From Eledone cirrhosa (lineage: Eukaryota): a stretch of DNA of 64,000 nt. The notes beneath the pieces are model-generated. The model saw only the letters and a program-made list of their open reading frames with translations, was not told where the DNA came from and searched no databases. Each line of letters starts with the position of its first letter. Position 1 is the stretch's first letter. The translations under genes and the position numbers were made by a program. Below are positions 12,556 through 25,844 of the stretch, in pieces. The DNA is taken from positions 83,080,001 to 83,144,000 of the forward strand of contig OZ024740.1 of assembly GCA_964016885.1 (NCBI GenBank), given 5' to 3'.

Positions 12556-15500
12556 TTACAGACACATACTCAGAGAAGGCCCATTCATTCGGGCCATACT
12601 TGCTTCTCTCACCCATCTTTCAACAAAATGCTGGGAAGAGAGCACTTCCCTCTCTACCCTGATTTTCCTTTTCAGATGAAATTTGAAAAAGTTAATCAGG
12701 GCATCACCGAAGAGGTAAGTGCTCGTCTTCAGCCCTTTCAAACGTTTCCACCATACTATCTCTTTCGCCATGGCCACCAGACAGATAAAAACTGCCTGCC
12801 CTTCCCGGCTAAAGGAAGAGGGCGGGGCAATCCTCACGATGGACTCAGCTGATAGCTGGATCCGTCCTACACGCGACAGCAGGTGTTCGACATAAACCCA
12901 CAAGTCAGCAATGCTCGGACACTGGACGAGTGCGTGCAGGACGGTTTCGTCGCCCTGTGCGCATCTCGGACATGCCCGGGTGACGGCACCTCCATGCCTG
13001 TAAAGTTTATCCCGAACTGGCAAAGAACCCCGGTAGCACTGCCAGGCCAGGGATTTCTGGAAGTTGTCCATAGGCCCCGGCCCGAAAGTCCTTCCGAAGA
13101 GATTGGCTAGTTGATTTTCGTCGACGCCTAGAGTTTCTCCAAGTACGTCGTCGCTCTTCCCCTCCACTAATCCCCTATAGAACGCCAAGGTGGAGTTTCC
13201 ACCGGTCACATTGCCCGATTGGTCGAGGGCTGTGAGAGCCTGAAGACATTCAGAGTCTCCAAGCGCTCCCTCTCGGTCTTCGCTTGACCCAGGACTGCAG
13301 CTCCGTCAAGGAGACGAGTTGGGGAAAAACGTGTCTAGCAAACGGCGACCACACCTGATCACCGTCGAGGAAGAGGTGGAGATGTCGTAGCCTGAGCGCG
13401 TGTCTGCGCATCATCAGCCACGGCATGCCCAGACCTCCACGTAGCGGGTGTTGACAGCAGATGGACCCCCTGACCATCGGAGCGCGTCCCTTCCACAAGA
13501 AGCGAAAGAGCAAACGCTCCAGCGCAGTCAGGCGGGGCTTAGGACAAGGTACGACGGTCAGGCGGTAGTAGATGACGGACGCGATGTACGCGTTAGCCAC
13601 CTCCGCTCGACCTTTCAGGGATAACTTCCTCTCGGCCAATTTCTGGGTGAGGGAAGCCACCCTGCTCGTGACCTCGTCCCATTTTTTGTCCATCTGGAGG
13701 TCTGGACCGAACCAGACCCCAAGCAATTTAACCGGTCCATCCGTCCAGCGCCCGACGACGCTGTTGGACGGCATGGACCTGCCTCTCCAGGTGCCGAGCT
13801 GCAGGCCCACTGACTTTTCCTGGTTGATCATTGCTCCTGTCACCGCTTCGTATTCTCTAAGTATAGTGCCGATCGCCTCGATGTGTTTGGCGTTCGACAC
13901 CACTACGGTGACATCGTCGGCATATGGTGACACGGATCTTCCGCATCCTAGTTCTCGCGGGACCCCCCTCAACGTCTCCAGTTTGTGCAGTAATGGCTCG
14001 AGAGTCAATACGTACAATAGGGACGAGAGGGAACATCCTTGGTGGACCGAGCGCATGATGTTGAACGGTTCCGAAAGGTGACCGTTCACTCTCACTACAG
14101 AGCAGATGTCGCTGTGCATGGCAGCGATCCAGGCTCTGAAGACGGGCCCAAAGCCAGCCACCCTCAGGACTGCCGCTAGGTAACGATGGTCGACCCTATC
14201 GAAGGCTTTCGACTGATCTAAATTGATCAAAGACCCACCCGTGCCAGGTTCCCTAGCTACCCTCTCTACGATGTATCGCATGAGGTGGAGGTTGTCGTGG
14301 ATGGATCTGTCGGGAATGGCGCATGTCTGTGCCTCTCCCACCAGACCACAAACGACAAGCGCCAACCTCTTTGCTAGCACCTTGGCCAAAATCTTGAACT
14401 CTGTGTTTAGCAGAGTTATGGGCCTAAAATTATCTATGTTATCCCCCTTGTTCGGATCCTTTCTCAGCAGCGCCACCACTCCTCGGCTCACAGAGCTGGG
14501 AATTCTCCCGTTCTGTTGCCAGTTGCAGTAGACGTCCGCCAAGAGGCCTCCGAACAAGTCTGGAATTTGTACGTAAAGTTCATAGGGCAGACCATCCAAA
14601 CCAGGCGATTTACCCCTTGTGCAACTAGTCATTGCATCCCGTACTTCAGTGGTTGTTATCGGCTTTTCTCAACACTCCGCCTCAGTGACCGAAAGCCGCG
14701 GTAGTCCGTCTAGGTAGACACTAAAGTCCATCCCTCGATCCGGCCCGCCACTGCCCCCGAATAGTTGAATGAAGTGTCGCTGAAAAGCTTCACACATTTG
14801 CCCGGGATAGAGTAGCATGCGCCCGTCGTGGTCCACCAAAGACCGGATCGTGACTTTCTGCCACGACGCGCCTCCGCCACTCGGGCCCATTGAACGGCTT
14901 TCGTCCCCTCGTGTCTGAGAGCACGCACCCTAGCTCTGACAACGCAGCCTTCGTGCTTTGCATTGAAGAATTGGTCAAGGGCCAATTTCGCCGCAAGTAC
15001 GTCGGTCGCGATGCCTTTGCTAAGCGTCTCATCTAATTTTCTAACTAATTCTCCCTCTGCTCTAATTTTCTCTATTGCTAAAGTCTTACTAAACCTAATG
15101 GACTCTATTCTAATTGCTCTTTTCAGAGCAAACCACCACTTGTTGTTGACGATGTCCCCCGTCAACGCCCGCTTAACTAGTTCGCTAACCCGGTCTCTGT
15201 AGGCCTTGCGCGCTGGTAAGGACGCGTTTAGATTCCAGTAGCCGGGTCCTCGTCTATGAAGCCTATCTAATCAAGCACACAGATCACGAATTTGTGGTCC
15301 GTGTAGCTGACTATCTTGAATTGTGGACAGCCTATGCTAGACCCGTCTATTTCCCTACAAAATACTCTATCTAGATATGATCTGGATGACCCTATCCGAT
15401 TTGTCCAAGTCCACATTGGTACATTCGGGAAATCCATTCGGTACCTGTCAGACAGTTCAAAACCCCTGACCAGGTTGGTGAGACTCTTGCACCCTCCTTC

Positions 15501-15973
15501 CCTATCCACTAATCCCACACAATCCCAGCGTGAATCTAAGATCCCGTTCCAGTCGCTCACTAACACTAAAGAGCGGGACGTTCCAAGAAAGGGTCCAGAC
15601 GACGGAAGAAATCAGGCCGCCTTGCTCCTGTCGGGGCATAGACGGCCACTAACCTGAAAGCTTGCCCGTCTCCGCTGGTCACGTCCAGCACCACCAACTT
15701 ACCTTCTGGGTCCAGGAAGATGGCCCGTATGGCAATATCCAAACCTCTCCGAAAAAGCACAGCAAATCCTCCCCCTAATCCCGGACGGCTGGGAGATGCG
15801 TACACATCGTAGCCGCCGAAGATCGGTGCGAAAGCCTGTGCTTCGGAGATTCTGGTCTCGCTGATGGCCACTACATCTATGTTTAGTGACCAGAGGTCGT
15901 TGAGCAGGTGGCCCTGCTTCCATGACGACCCCAGGCCACGCGCATTTATGCTGCCTATTCTGAGTGAGGTCAT
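12556..15973 (-). pseudogene. Tx1 ORF2 (APE + RT + C-terminal zinc finger), a few stops and frameshifts
   Basis: APE at 15267-15973; RT in ORF 13250-14632 (KSPGLDGL, FRPITLLN, DQSKAFD, QGCSLS, YADD, LLGV); CPRC..ETVLHALVQC in ORF 12556-13209. Confidence 0.92.
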
Positions 15974-16007
15974 GTTGAAAAGGAGTGGAAAAGATGGGAA
16001 AGACCAC

Positions 16008-17981
16008 TTACCTTACTTCTCGTAGGGGAAGGACGGTTTTTCCATCCTTTTCACTGCTTGTGGCCTCCTCGGGAAGGATGTCCTTATAAATCCTCCTGGA
16101 GAGTGCTTGTCGGAAGTCTCCGATGTCTTTGGGGAATTTTTTTTTTAGTGTTATGTACGTTTTATGTGTGACGCGAGCGATTTGTATGTGTGGAGGTGGT
16201 GTGAATTTTGGGGTTGTTGTGTAGTCTTTTTCTGTGATGCTGGTGTTGTGTTGGATGTAGTGTAATAATTGCTTGTTGTTCAAATTTAATGCTGTGTAGT
16301 GTGTATCGTTTTGGTTGTTTTGTTTTGTTTGCGTTTGTTGTGGGTTTGTTTCTGTTTCGCATTTTGGTGACTTTTGTGGTGTAGGTGATGGTGGTGTTGG
16401 GGTTAATGATGGTGATGGTGTCGGTGTTTGGGTTGATGGGGTTGGTGATGCTGGTGTGGATGGTGGCATATCTGTCCTAACTTTTTTGTTTCTTAATTTA
16501 TTTGTTTCCCTCTGTATTTTGTTTTTGGAGGGGGAAGGAAGAGCATTTTTTTATTTTTTGGTTTCTTTTTTTTTTCCGGATATCGTTTCCCACTCCTCGT
16601 CGTCACAATTTGTCTCCAGTTGTGATAGGCCGGGGAGTGGAAAATCCTCCACAGGCATTAGTTTTGGTTGTGGCGTGGTGGATGGTGTAGGCGCTGGTGC
16701 TAGTTCTGAAGCGTTGGGTGGTGTTGGTGTTGGTTTTGCTGGTGGTGGTGGTGGTGTTGGTTTTGCTACTGTTGCTGGGGTTGTTGCTGTTATAGTTGCT
16801 TCTGTTTTTGCTGCCACAGTCGTTGCTGCCATCTCTGCTACTGGTGGTGTTGATGGTTGTGTCACTGGGGTGGGTAGGAGAGGTGGCCTCAACATTTTAG
16901 CCTAAGGGCAGGAAGCCCTTAGGTGGGTTCCTTCACCACAAACAACACACCTAGGTCTTCTGCCATCGACAATTACCGTGAGGTGGCTGCCGTCAGTGAG
17001 GTCTATTACCTCTGGGATATCCTCAATGCTTTTTTGGTCCGCTTGGATCAGGAGCTCCATCCCAGATCCGGACCAGTTCTCCTGCTTTTCTTTTGCTATT
17101 GCTATTATTTTTGTGTTGGCTTCGATGCCGGCGAGCACGGCCGCTATTAGCCAGGGAATTTCGATGGCCGGTGGAACGTGGGTCACCCTGATCTTTACGA
17201 GTCTCTGGCCACAATAGCTTGGGACGAGTGTGAAGTCGTCACTTCTTAATGGGGCCATGGAGTGTTCTCTAGCCACCTCTGGTGTTTCAAAGAACACGTC
17301 CACGTCTGATGTGGGTTTTTCTTGCCCACACATGTCCCAAAGGTTTTTGGATTTGGGACTCGGATGCCCGTTCCACACGGCGCGATTTTACATTTATTGT
17401 TCGATACGACACGGTGCATAGGCGCCGATGCTCCATTTTATTAGGCGGGGGGGGGGGGGTGACCCTGTACCCATCTTTCTTTACCATTTGTTTGGCATTT
17501 TCTAAATCCTCCTGAGTTACCGTAAATGCTTCGAACTGCTTTGCTACCCTGGCGAAACTGAGGGTCGTTTTTATAATGTCATTGTTGTTGTTGTTGCTAT
17601 CGTTATTTGTGTTAATATTAATTTTAGTTTCAGTTGTGGTGGTGGTGACATCAGTCGTCTTTGGTGGGAAGAGTCCATTTTGCTTGATTTCATTTCGACA
17701 TCACGAGTTAATTTATTTTTTTCTTCTTTTGTTTCTGTTGTCGCGGTGGCGGTGGGGGTGGTGGTTGTCGCGGTGGTGGTGGTGGTGGAGGCTTTAACAC
17801 TTGCAGTCATTGGTAATGGCGGGAAATGAATGTCTGCCTGAGACAAATTTAAAATATTGCTACTGCTTATATTTTTTGTCGTGTTGGCAAACGTAGTAAC
17901 ATTTACAATGGTGGTGTCGGTGTGAGGTGTTAATTTGTGAGAAAGGCTTTCAACTGCTTGGTGCAGAGGTGAATTAGCCAT
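16008..17981 (-). pseudogene. Tx1 ORF1, frameshifted
   Basis: CVVCGEGTHLRASC (CX2CX4HX4C); collinear with copy 1. Confidence 0.82.
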
Positions 17982-18190
17982 TTTTTTTCAAAGAAATGTT
18001 TTCATAATAATAAAAGTTTAAATTTTGGTCACAAGGCCCCAATCTTTTTGGGTGTCCTTTTCGGAAAACAATGTATGTGCGCTTATATATGGTTAACAAT
18101 AAAAATTTTCCATAAAAGGCAATTTTTAACAAACGGAAATAACAGACCTTTGCGGAGCTCACGATGATACGATTTACTACGTAGGTCGCA

Positions 18191-18249
<59 letters not shown>
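18191..18249. repeat. (TAA)n tract
   Basis: Directly visible. Confidence 0.95.
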
Positions 18250-18803
18250 GTGGTAGGAGCATCAACCACCTCCCATACTTGAAAAAAATCACATCTCAAT
18301 CTTGTGGAACTTTAGCATCCAAACAGACCGAAAAATAGATGCAAATAGACCTGATATAATATTGAAGGACTTTAAAAAGAGGGTATGCCTGCTAATTGAT
18401 ATGTCCGTCCAATAGAGAAGAATGAATCTATAAAAACATTTGAAAAATTGAGCAAGTATAACGACCTGGAGATAGAAATTGGAAAAATGTGGAAATTGAG
18501 AACTAAAACAATACCAGTGGTTGTAGGTGCTCTGGGAATGATACCTAAGGGGTCTAATGATTACTTATCGCAAATCCCAGGAAACCCGCGTATAGGAGAA
18601 ATACAAAAGAAAGTACTAATGGGAACTGCCCATATACTAAGGAAGATGCTGTCAATATAAGTACAGCACAAGTCTAAACACTAAAGATGCATGTGTGAGT
18701 ATGTATGTTCTTTCTTGAACATGGTGGACCTAGTTGTCTCTTGAGGTCACTGGTTGTGACTTGGTGATAACTCGTGTGAACATAAAGCAAGATAAATGCA
18801 ACT

Positions 18804-18804
<1 letters not shown>
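18250..18804 (+). mobile_element. R4/Dong-like family C, second 5'-truncated copy
   Basis: Highly similar to 7935-8493; SKYNDLEIEI..GALG..LMGTAHILRK; followed by (TAA)n at 18805-18855. Confidence 0.87.
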
Positions 18805-18857
<53 letters not shown>

Positions 18858-18995
18858 CATATATATATATATATATGATTCCAATTCCTCAGAAGAATAA
18901 CAACACAACCAGGAGATGGACATATCGATGTATTGACGGAGTAAAACACACTTCAACAACATGTGTACCTGATTTCACACAACAATTCGGACTGA

Positions 18996-19046
18996 TTGAA
19001 GAGGTCACAGCCAATGATGGCTGTCACCGAAATATATATAGAAGTA
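18996..19046 (+). ncRNA. Degenerate type I hammerhead motif in a PLE-like 3' end
   Basis: TGAAGA-GGT.ACAGCCA/TGGCTGT.ACC stem II-GAAA-TATATATA, followed by AATAAA; the 5' arm of stem I is lost. Confidence 0.5.
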
Positions 19047-19099
19047 TATCTATAATTTATAATAAAGGAAGCCACATTTTACATATTTGTCTTATTATA

Positions 19100-19277
19100 T
19101 ATATGGCAGCATCTGTAGCGGGTCGGACGCCATGCTTTGACGCATAGTTACGGCCCTTGCCATTCTGAGTTCAAATTTCGCCGAAGTTATCTTTGCTTTT
19201 CATCCTTACGTGGTCGATAAAATAAGGTACCAGTAATACACTGGGTAATTGCTGGCCTTGTGCCAAAAGTAGAAACA

Positions 19278-19280
<3 letters not shown>
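19100..19280 (+). mobile_element. tRNA-derived SINE
   Basis: B-box-like GAGTTCAAAT, conserved central domain, tail ggccttgtgccaaaagtagaaac. Confidence 0.85.
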
Positions 19281-19315
<35 letters not shown>

Positions 19316-20225
19316 TACATACACATACATAAATATATATATGTATATACACACAAACACACACACATATATAAGTATGATTAAATGAAAATAAAAATTA
19401 GCACAAATGCACTCACACACATATACACTCACACACACTCTCACATACACTCACATCACATATACTAAGACAGACACACACAGATATGCATTCAGGTACA
19501 CCTATCTATCATCACAAATGTATATGTATGTGTGGATGTTTGTGTATGTTTAATTGCCTGTATTCACACTCATATACAAAATGTGACGTTGTCGTAGTGG
19601 CGTTGGTTGTAGTTTACTATAGTTGACTACAAACATTTTATTTTAGATAACATTTCATATCATTTTAATCCAAATGAAAATAAAAATTAAATGTTGACAC
19701 TCACGGTTTCAAATACTAATAACGTTGTAAAATTTGATTTGATTTGATTTGGTCCAGCTGTTAGAGAATGCATAGGACCAGACAAACAGACAGATGAAGA
19801 ATTTTATATAGAGAGTACATTTTTGCCAAATCTTGCTCTCTATAGCAAAATGTTGTGTGTATGTATGTATTTGTGTGTATATGTATGTATTTATGTATGG
19901 AAGTATGTGTGCATGCTTGTTTGAGTGTAGGTTTGTATGTATATGTGTATATATGCATGTAAGTATGTATATATGCATGTATGTGTATATGTACTTATGT
20001 GTGTATATGTATCTATGTATGTACTTACGTATGAGTGCATATGTGTATCTGTGTATGTGTATATATATATATATATATATGTGTGTGTGCGTATGTATGT
20101 ATATGTATATATATATATGTAAGTATGCACTCATGTATGTATGTACTCGTGTATGTGTGTGAAATTATATGTATGTACCTATGTCTATGCGTGTGTGTGT
20201 GTATAAATGCACTCATGTATGTGCC
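19280..20225. repeat. (TA)/(CA)/(TATG) microsatellite complex
   Basis: Directly visible. Confidence 0.85.
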
Positions 20226-20299
20226 CAGCCAACCAAACGTATATGGTTATAATAACCATTTCTAATTATGGTATATAAATTCAACTGTATATTCTGGTT

Positions 20300-21100
20300 T
20301 ACCTTTGACTTAGGTACATAGCTTACTATGTAAACAGGAACAACAACTTCGGTAATTTCCGCAAACCAGTAACACCCGGTGCCCTTGATGCTAACCGTTG
20401 GCGGGGAGGTTTTCAATATATCCGTTCTGACTTTTTTTCATCAATTAAGATTCTTCTGGTACAACCGATGGCTTATGAAACGCGCCCTTTATACTAAACA
20501 TTTGTTCATCACGTTCTATGCCAGTGGGGAAAATTCGATAAACCCGCATGGACTAAGCAGTAAACCATGCAATTTTAAGTGGCCGTTTGAGTTGATTTTC
20601 CGCTGCTAGGGGCTACAATAGGCAGAACAACTAACATTCTATGATTAAAACATAGTAAACGGAATACAATGCATAATTGGTGCAAATTTGACTAAATTCG
20701 GCCGCAAACTGTAGTAGATATTGAGGTTGATATATTTTAAAATTTAGTTTTTCTCACACAGGGCTCGAATTAGATAAAAAAATCGAAAATTCGGTTTGTC
20801 CAAAATAATGTCTGTTCCATGAGGCATAGTTTTAGTCTAAAATAATACTCCAAAATGAGGTCGGTTACATAATGCATGTTTGTTCCAAATTTGAAGGAAA
20901 TCGGATGTAAACTGTAGAAGAAAAGGATTTTTTGAGTCGGGTTTTCTCTTATAGTGGCCGCAGTAGACACAAATCTGAAAATGTAATGTGTTCGTACGAA
21001 GTTCAGGAGCATATCGCATGTTTGTGCCAAATCTGAAAAATTTCGATTACGAATTGTAGATGTTATGCTGAAACAGAGAGAGAGACACACACACAGAGTC
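20300..21100 (+). mobile_element. Possible non-autonomous Helitron-like repeat
   Basis: Repeated aaattt..aaatcgg modules and an end in acagagagag..acacacagag..tattatata, typical of such repeats; a similar short piece lies at about 19670-19815. Confidence 0.3.
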
Positions 21101-21290
<190 letters not shown>

Positions 21291-21375
21291 TATACATGAA
21301 AAATGCGCAAGCTCAAATGAGCCACAGAATGTATAATAAACCTTCAAAAGTGTGGGACTAGAGTTGTTGCTCAAA

Positions 21376-22318
21376 TATATTGTAATCATTATCTATCGAA
21401 CATCTGTGGCATCCTTTATAAAAATATCACAATAAATACATCTATGTTTCATGTAATAACAGCTATAAATAATTACGTAATATTATTATCATATACTCAT
21501 AGTAACAACATAATTGTGTTGAAAATTAATATGATGCTTATATGAACGATCAAATCTATAATGATAATTTTATAAATATACTAATATTAAAATAATTTAG
21601 TTATATATTGTTACATTTTCATCGAATTAACAATAGTATTGTATCATCTCATTTTCATCACTCAAACTTTCATATTGGAATTACCTTAAGCCATTTATCA
21701 TTACTTCGCTTTCGTACTATTACAGATCTAGATATCCGGCTGTATCTTATATCTAATATCATCATCTCATGGTAATTTGTATCCAGTGTAAAATAGGTTT
21801 ATTAATAACTTTAATATGAAATGTATTATACAGGGCTGCGGAGTCGGCCAAAAATTGACTGGCTCCAACTCTGTATCCGATACTCCATTATTTCCTAAAT
21901 TTCGGCTCCGCAACCCTGTTATTATATTAATTTATTTGTTTTATAGTTGTAAATCATATTTTTATATGTTACACTCTAAGAATAAACTAAGTGAAATAGT
22001 GTAAACAGAAAGGCATGGTTGGTTTAAGCTAATGTCCAATATCTCATATTAGATGTTTAGTAATGATTAATACGAAATGCACTTAAACCGCATTCTATAT
22101 TATAAATTCAATTAATGTTCGTGTCGTCTTGAGTTCCTTATGAGTCTCTTTTTTTATAAAAGGATGGCACAGATTTTATAAAAAGGAGACTATGAGTATA
22201 TGATAATAATATTACGTAATTATTTATAGCTGTTATTACATTAAACATAGATGTATTTATTGTGATATTTTTATAAAGGATGCCACAGAATGTACTATAG
22301 ATAAAGATTACAATATTA
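21376..22318. repeat. Inverted repeat, ~130 bp arms (21376-21504 / 22189-22318)
   Basis: tctgtggcatcctttataaaaatatcacaataaatacatctatg... and its reverse complement. Confidence 0.8.
21831..21918. mobile_element. 88-bp MITE, probably hAT-type
   Basis: TIRs CAGGGCTGCGGAGTCG / CGGCTCCGCAACCCTG; 8-bp flanks gtattata / ttattata match at 7 of 8 positions. Confidence 0.7.
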
Positions 22319-23209
22319 CGTTTAATAAAGGTTCGACTGAATAGTCCAATAGGAATAGTTTGTTTCGAACAATCTGACACAGTTTAATCAGTGTATCTAT
22401 ATGGCATTCCTCCTTCTATACATGTGTTTATATAAGGCACTTTTGTGTTACTTAGCGTTTACTTCTGGTTCAATTTTCCAACAGTTAATTTACACCCGGT
22501 ATTGTTGAGGGACATTTTCTAGCTTATAATCATATTGAAAGGCAATATGTGGATTTATAACTATGTATACTTCATTTTGATAGTTTAAACTCAGTTACGT
22601 TGCATCAAGTTAATGTTAATTGATGTATATACATTAATATTTTGAAGCTTTCCAAATTAAGGAGTTGGGATATGTTTCCATATATTTACAGAAATGCAGA
22701 GAGCTGCAATTATTTTTAAGATATATTCATATATATGATCAGAATATTTTACTAGAGTAAAAAGCATTTTGTTTAAATAGACCAGGATTACTAAAATCAA
22801 AATATATTTACATCACGAATATATTTATAATGACGAGGATTGCGAGGTAATCACCATAAATTATGTTATAAGCATTGTTGTTAAATTCGCCTGTCTATTG
22901 ATGTCTCTTTCCACCTTACTGGCCTACTACATAGCAAATCGTCACGAGGTAAGGTGAGTTGTTATATCAGCCATGAGCTCTGGGATTGGAAATCTGACAG
23001 CACATAATCATCTTGTTAGTTCTATAAAGATGATGTCATTACTATTAGCGCATTAGGAATGGTCAACGGCCGCCATTGAAATATAGTTAAGATCGTACAT
23101 ATATTTAGGTAAACTATTCACATATGAGTGATTACAAAACAAATGAGTTTACTTAACAGCTAAATGTGACCACAATAGCACATAAATAAATTAATTAACA
23201 TGTTAATAA

Positions 23210-23400
23210 TTGTTTCTACTTTTGGCACAAGGCCAGCAATTATCCAGTGCATTACTCGTACTTTATTTTATCGACCCCGTAAGGATGAAAGGCAAAGTTA
23301 ACCTCGGCAGGATTTGAACTCAGATAAGAAAGAGGGTGTAATTCTGTGCTACAAAGCATGTTGTCCGACCTTCTACCGATACTGCCAAACTACCACCCTC
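23210..23400 (-). mobile_element. tRNA-derived SINE, near full length
   Basis: Core and tail as in the other copies; imperfect TSD aacatgtt..aataat. Confidence 0.87.
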
Positions 23401-23646
23401 AACATGTTGTTAATAATGTTTACAAAAAGTTATTAATATTTTACATTATGCTATATAATTACATACAGTTTACGAAAGACAATATGCACTTCGTTTCCTA
23501 GTATATCTAGCATACATACATATCGGAAAACTCTACTTTAGAGTTTGAATTCATGAGAGTATTCACATGTATAGAAGAGGTGTATACTTATATCGTTTCT
23601 TATAATGGCTTTCAACCAAAGGTTTAAATCACAAAAAGTTTAAATC

Positions 23647-23870
23647 ACAAATAAACACACATCAGAAAATATTATGCAATGATGTATATGTTGATGTAGG
23701 AAATGCAAAATAAAGCTATTTATGAAATGTATTGAATTAAATTTCACCATCCGACCTCATCAACATATTCTGACATTCACATTTTTCTGTGACATTAAAG
23801 AGTTCAGGCTAGATTTCCTACATCAACATATCCATCATTGCATAATATTTTCTGATGTGTGTTTATTTGT
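23647..23870. repeat. Inverted repeat, ~58 bp arms (MITE-like)
   Basis: acaaataaacacacatcagaaaatattatgcaatgatg.. versus its reverse complement at 23813-23870. Confidence 0.75.
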
Positions 23871-25011
23871 CCCTTAATTGAATATAAGCCATATATCGTT
23901 CAATATCACAGACAAAATAGCTATACTACGATTTATGAATTGGTTTATGTCGCAGTAATTCGGATAAACTTTACTAATGAGAGAATGATGCGTTGTTTTC
24001 TATAATCTGTAACACGATGATTAGTTTTCCAACACAGTTACTCTACTTACTTTATCCTTTTCTCATTATAAATAACTACTAAAACTGTAGAATAGTTCAT
24101 AATGATTTATATTGACGAAATGTGTGTTAATGGTAGTATTAATGAGACCTTACGTCGCTGCATTTTTCAGAAAAAAACGTTACCAATTAGTATTGAAACA
24201 TTGGACAAAGCGCTTTTAATGAGATTGATATTAAATGAAATATATGAATTCTTGAAACGCGATGTGCCATGTGATAGTTATTGCTGTATTTGTTGCTTCT
24301 GTTATGACTGCGTTGGTTCATACAATTATGACTAAACTTCTGAAGACATGATAGTTTTAAATTACTGTTTACATGTTAAAATCGACGTAATCAATCGTAT
24401 TGTCATTCCTGTGGATGATGATAATGAGAGTGAGAATTTGTTGCAAATAGAATTATTTTGTATTGAAGATAAAAATATTATGAGGTATTTTAATTAGACA
24501 TACTTGTTACAAGTCGAAACGTGGGGAAACATAATTGACTCAGGTATGTAGAGTTAAAGTTCATTTATTGTTTGTTTTTGCAAATTATTTCTGCAAGTAA
24601 CTACATACGTATTCTGATAATGTAGCAAGTCATTTGATTTAGTTAGCACCACACTTCTCCCATCTTTGTGAAAATACATAATATAATATTGAAACTTCAC
24701 AAAGTCTCCTTTTAAATATAATATAGCCATATTCTTTAATCTAAATGAAATATTGATGTAAATGCTCGTTGCACAGACACTTAGACTTAGCTCCGTTTAA
24801 TTGAATATTTGTCTAGTTAATTTCTACGGGCTCTATAGCAATGCCTAGATAAATTTTATCTGACTGTTTCTTGCTGAAAATAGTATATATCATATGTCTA
24901 TTATTTCTTCATAGTTACATTTTAAACTTATAGCCTCGTTTAAATGATTATTTATCTGGTTGATTTCTACAGACTAGGGTGAAGAAAGAATGGATGTATT
25001 TTACCTAATAA

Positions 25012-25167
25012 TTCTTTCAAACTTGCAATTTTGTATATAGCTCTGATTACTAATTATTTGCTTAATTAAATTTTTCATTGAGCCACGCCGTGAAAGGTAG
25101 CCACACTCATATATGTATCTGTGACTATGTCTAAATATATTTCTAAACATATACATATATCCCTATG

Positions 25168-25246
<79 letters not shown>

Positions 25247-25431
25247 TATATAAAATTCATAGGGATATATATATATGTTTAGAAATATATTTAGACATAG
25301 TCACAGATACATATATGAGTGTGGCTACCTTTCACGGTGTGGCTCAATGAAAAATTTAATTAAGCAAATAATTAGTAATCAGAGCTATATACAAAATTGC
25401 AAGTTTGAAAGAATATACATATATCCCTATG

Positions 25432-25487
<56 letters not shown>

Positions 25488-25517
25488 GTGTTCACATACG
25501 TTTTTCTAACTTTCTTT

Positions 25518-25562
<45 letters not shown>

Positions 25563-25660
25563 CATAGGGATATATGTATATGTTTAGAAATATATTTAGA
25601 CATAGTCACAGATACATATATGAGTGTGGCTACCTTTCACGGTGTGGCTCAATGAAACAT
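25012..25660. repeat. Foldback repeat around (TA)n, plus a third copy
   Basis: 25012-25175 is inverted relative to 25250-25410; a partial direct copy lies at 25556-25660. Confidence 0.85.
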
Positions 25661-25732
25661 TTATGTTTTTTAATTAATTTTTGTTATGGAATACTGTCAG
25701 CTTCTCGCTACAACAATTTCTATACTTTTCAG

Positions 25733-25837
<105 letters not shown>

Positions 25838-25844
25838 TATGGAT

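Larger units (their letters stand above)
12312..18189 (-). mobile_element. Tx1-clade LINE copy 2, full length (~5.9 kb)
   Basis: 5' leader, ORF1, ORF2 and a 3' UTR ending AATAAAGAAAAC; both ends lie in (TAA)n. Confidence 0.93.

Noticed and set aside
3319-18855. TAA tracts separated by unique blocks, read as a CRISPR-like or telomeric array
   Set aside because: The spacers are kilobase retroelements, there are no cas genes and no TTAGGG-type repeats, and the context is eukaryotic.
24102-24335. Cys-rich ORF as a standalone metallothionein or toxin gene
   Set aside because: It has no signal peptide or gene context and is better explained as part of a decayed exon.
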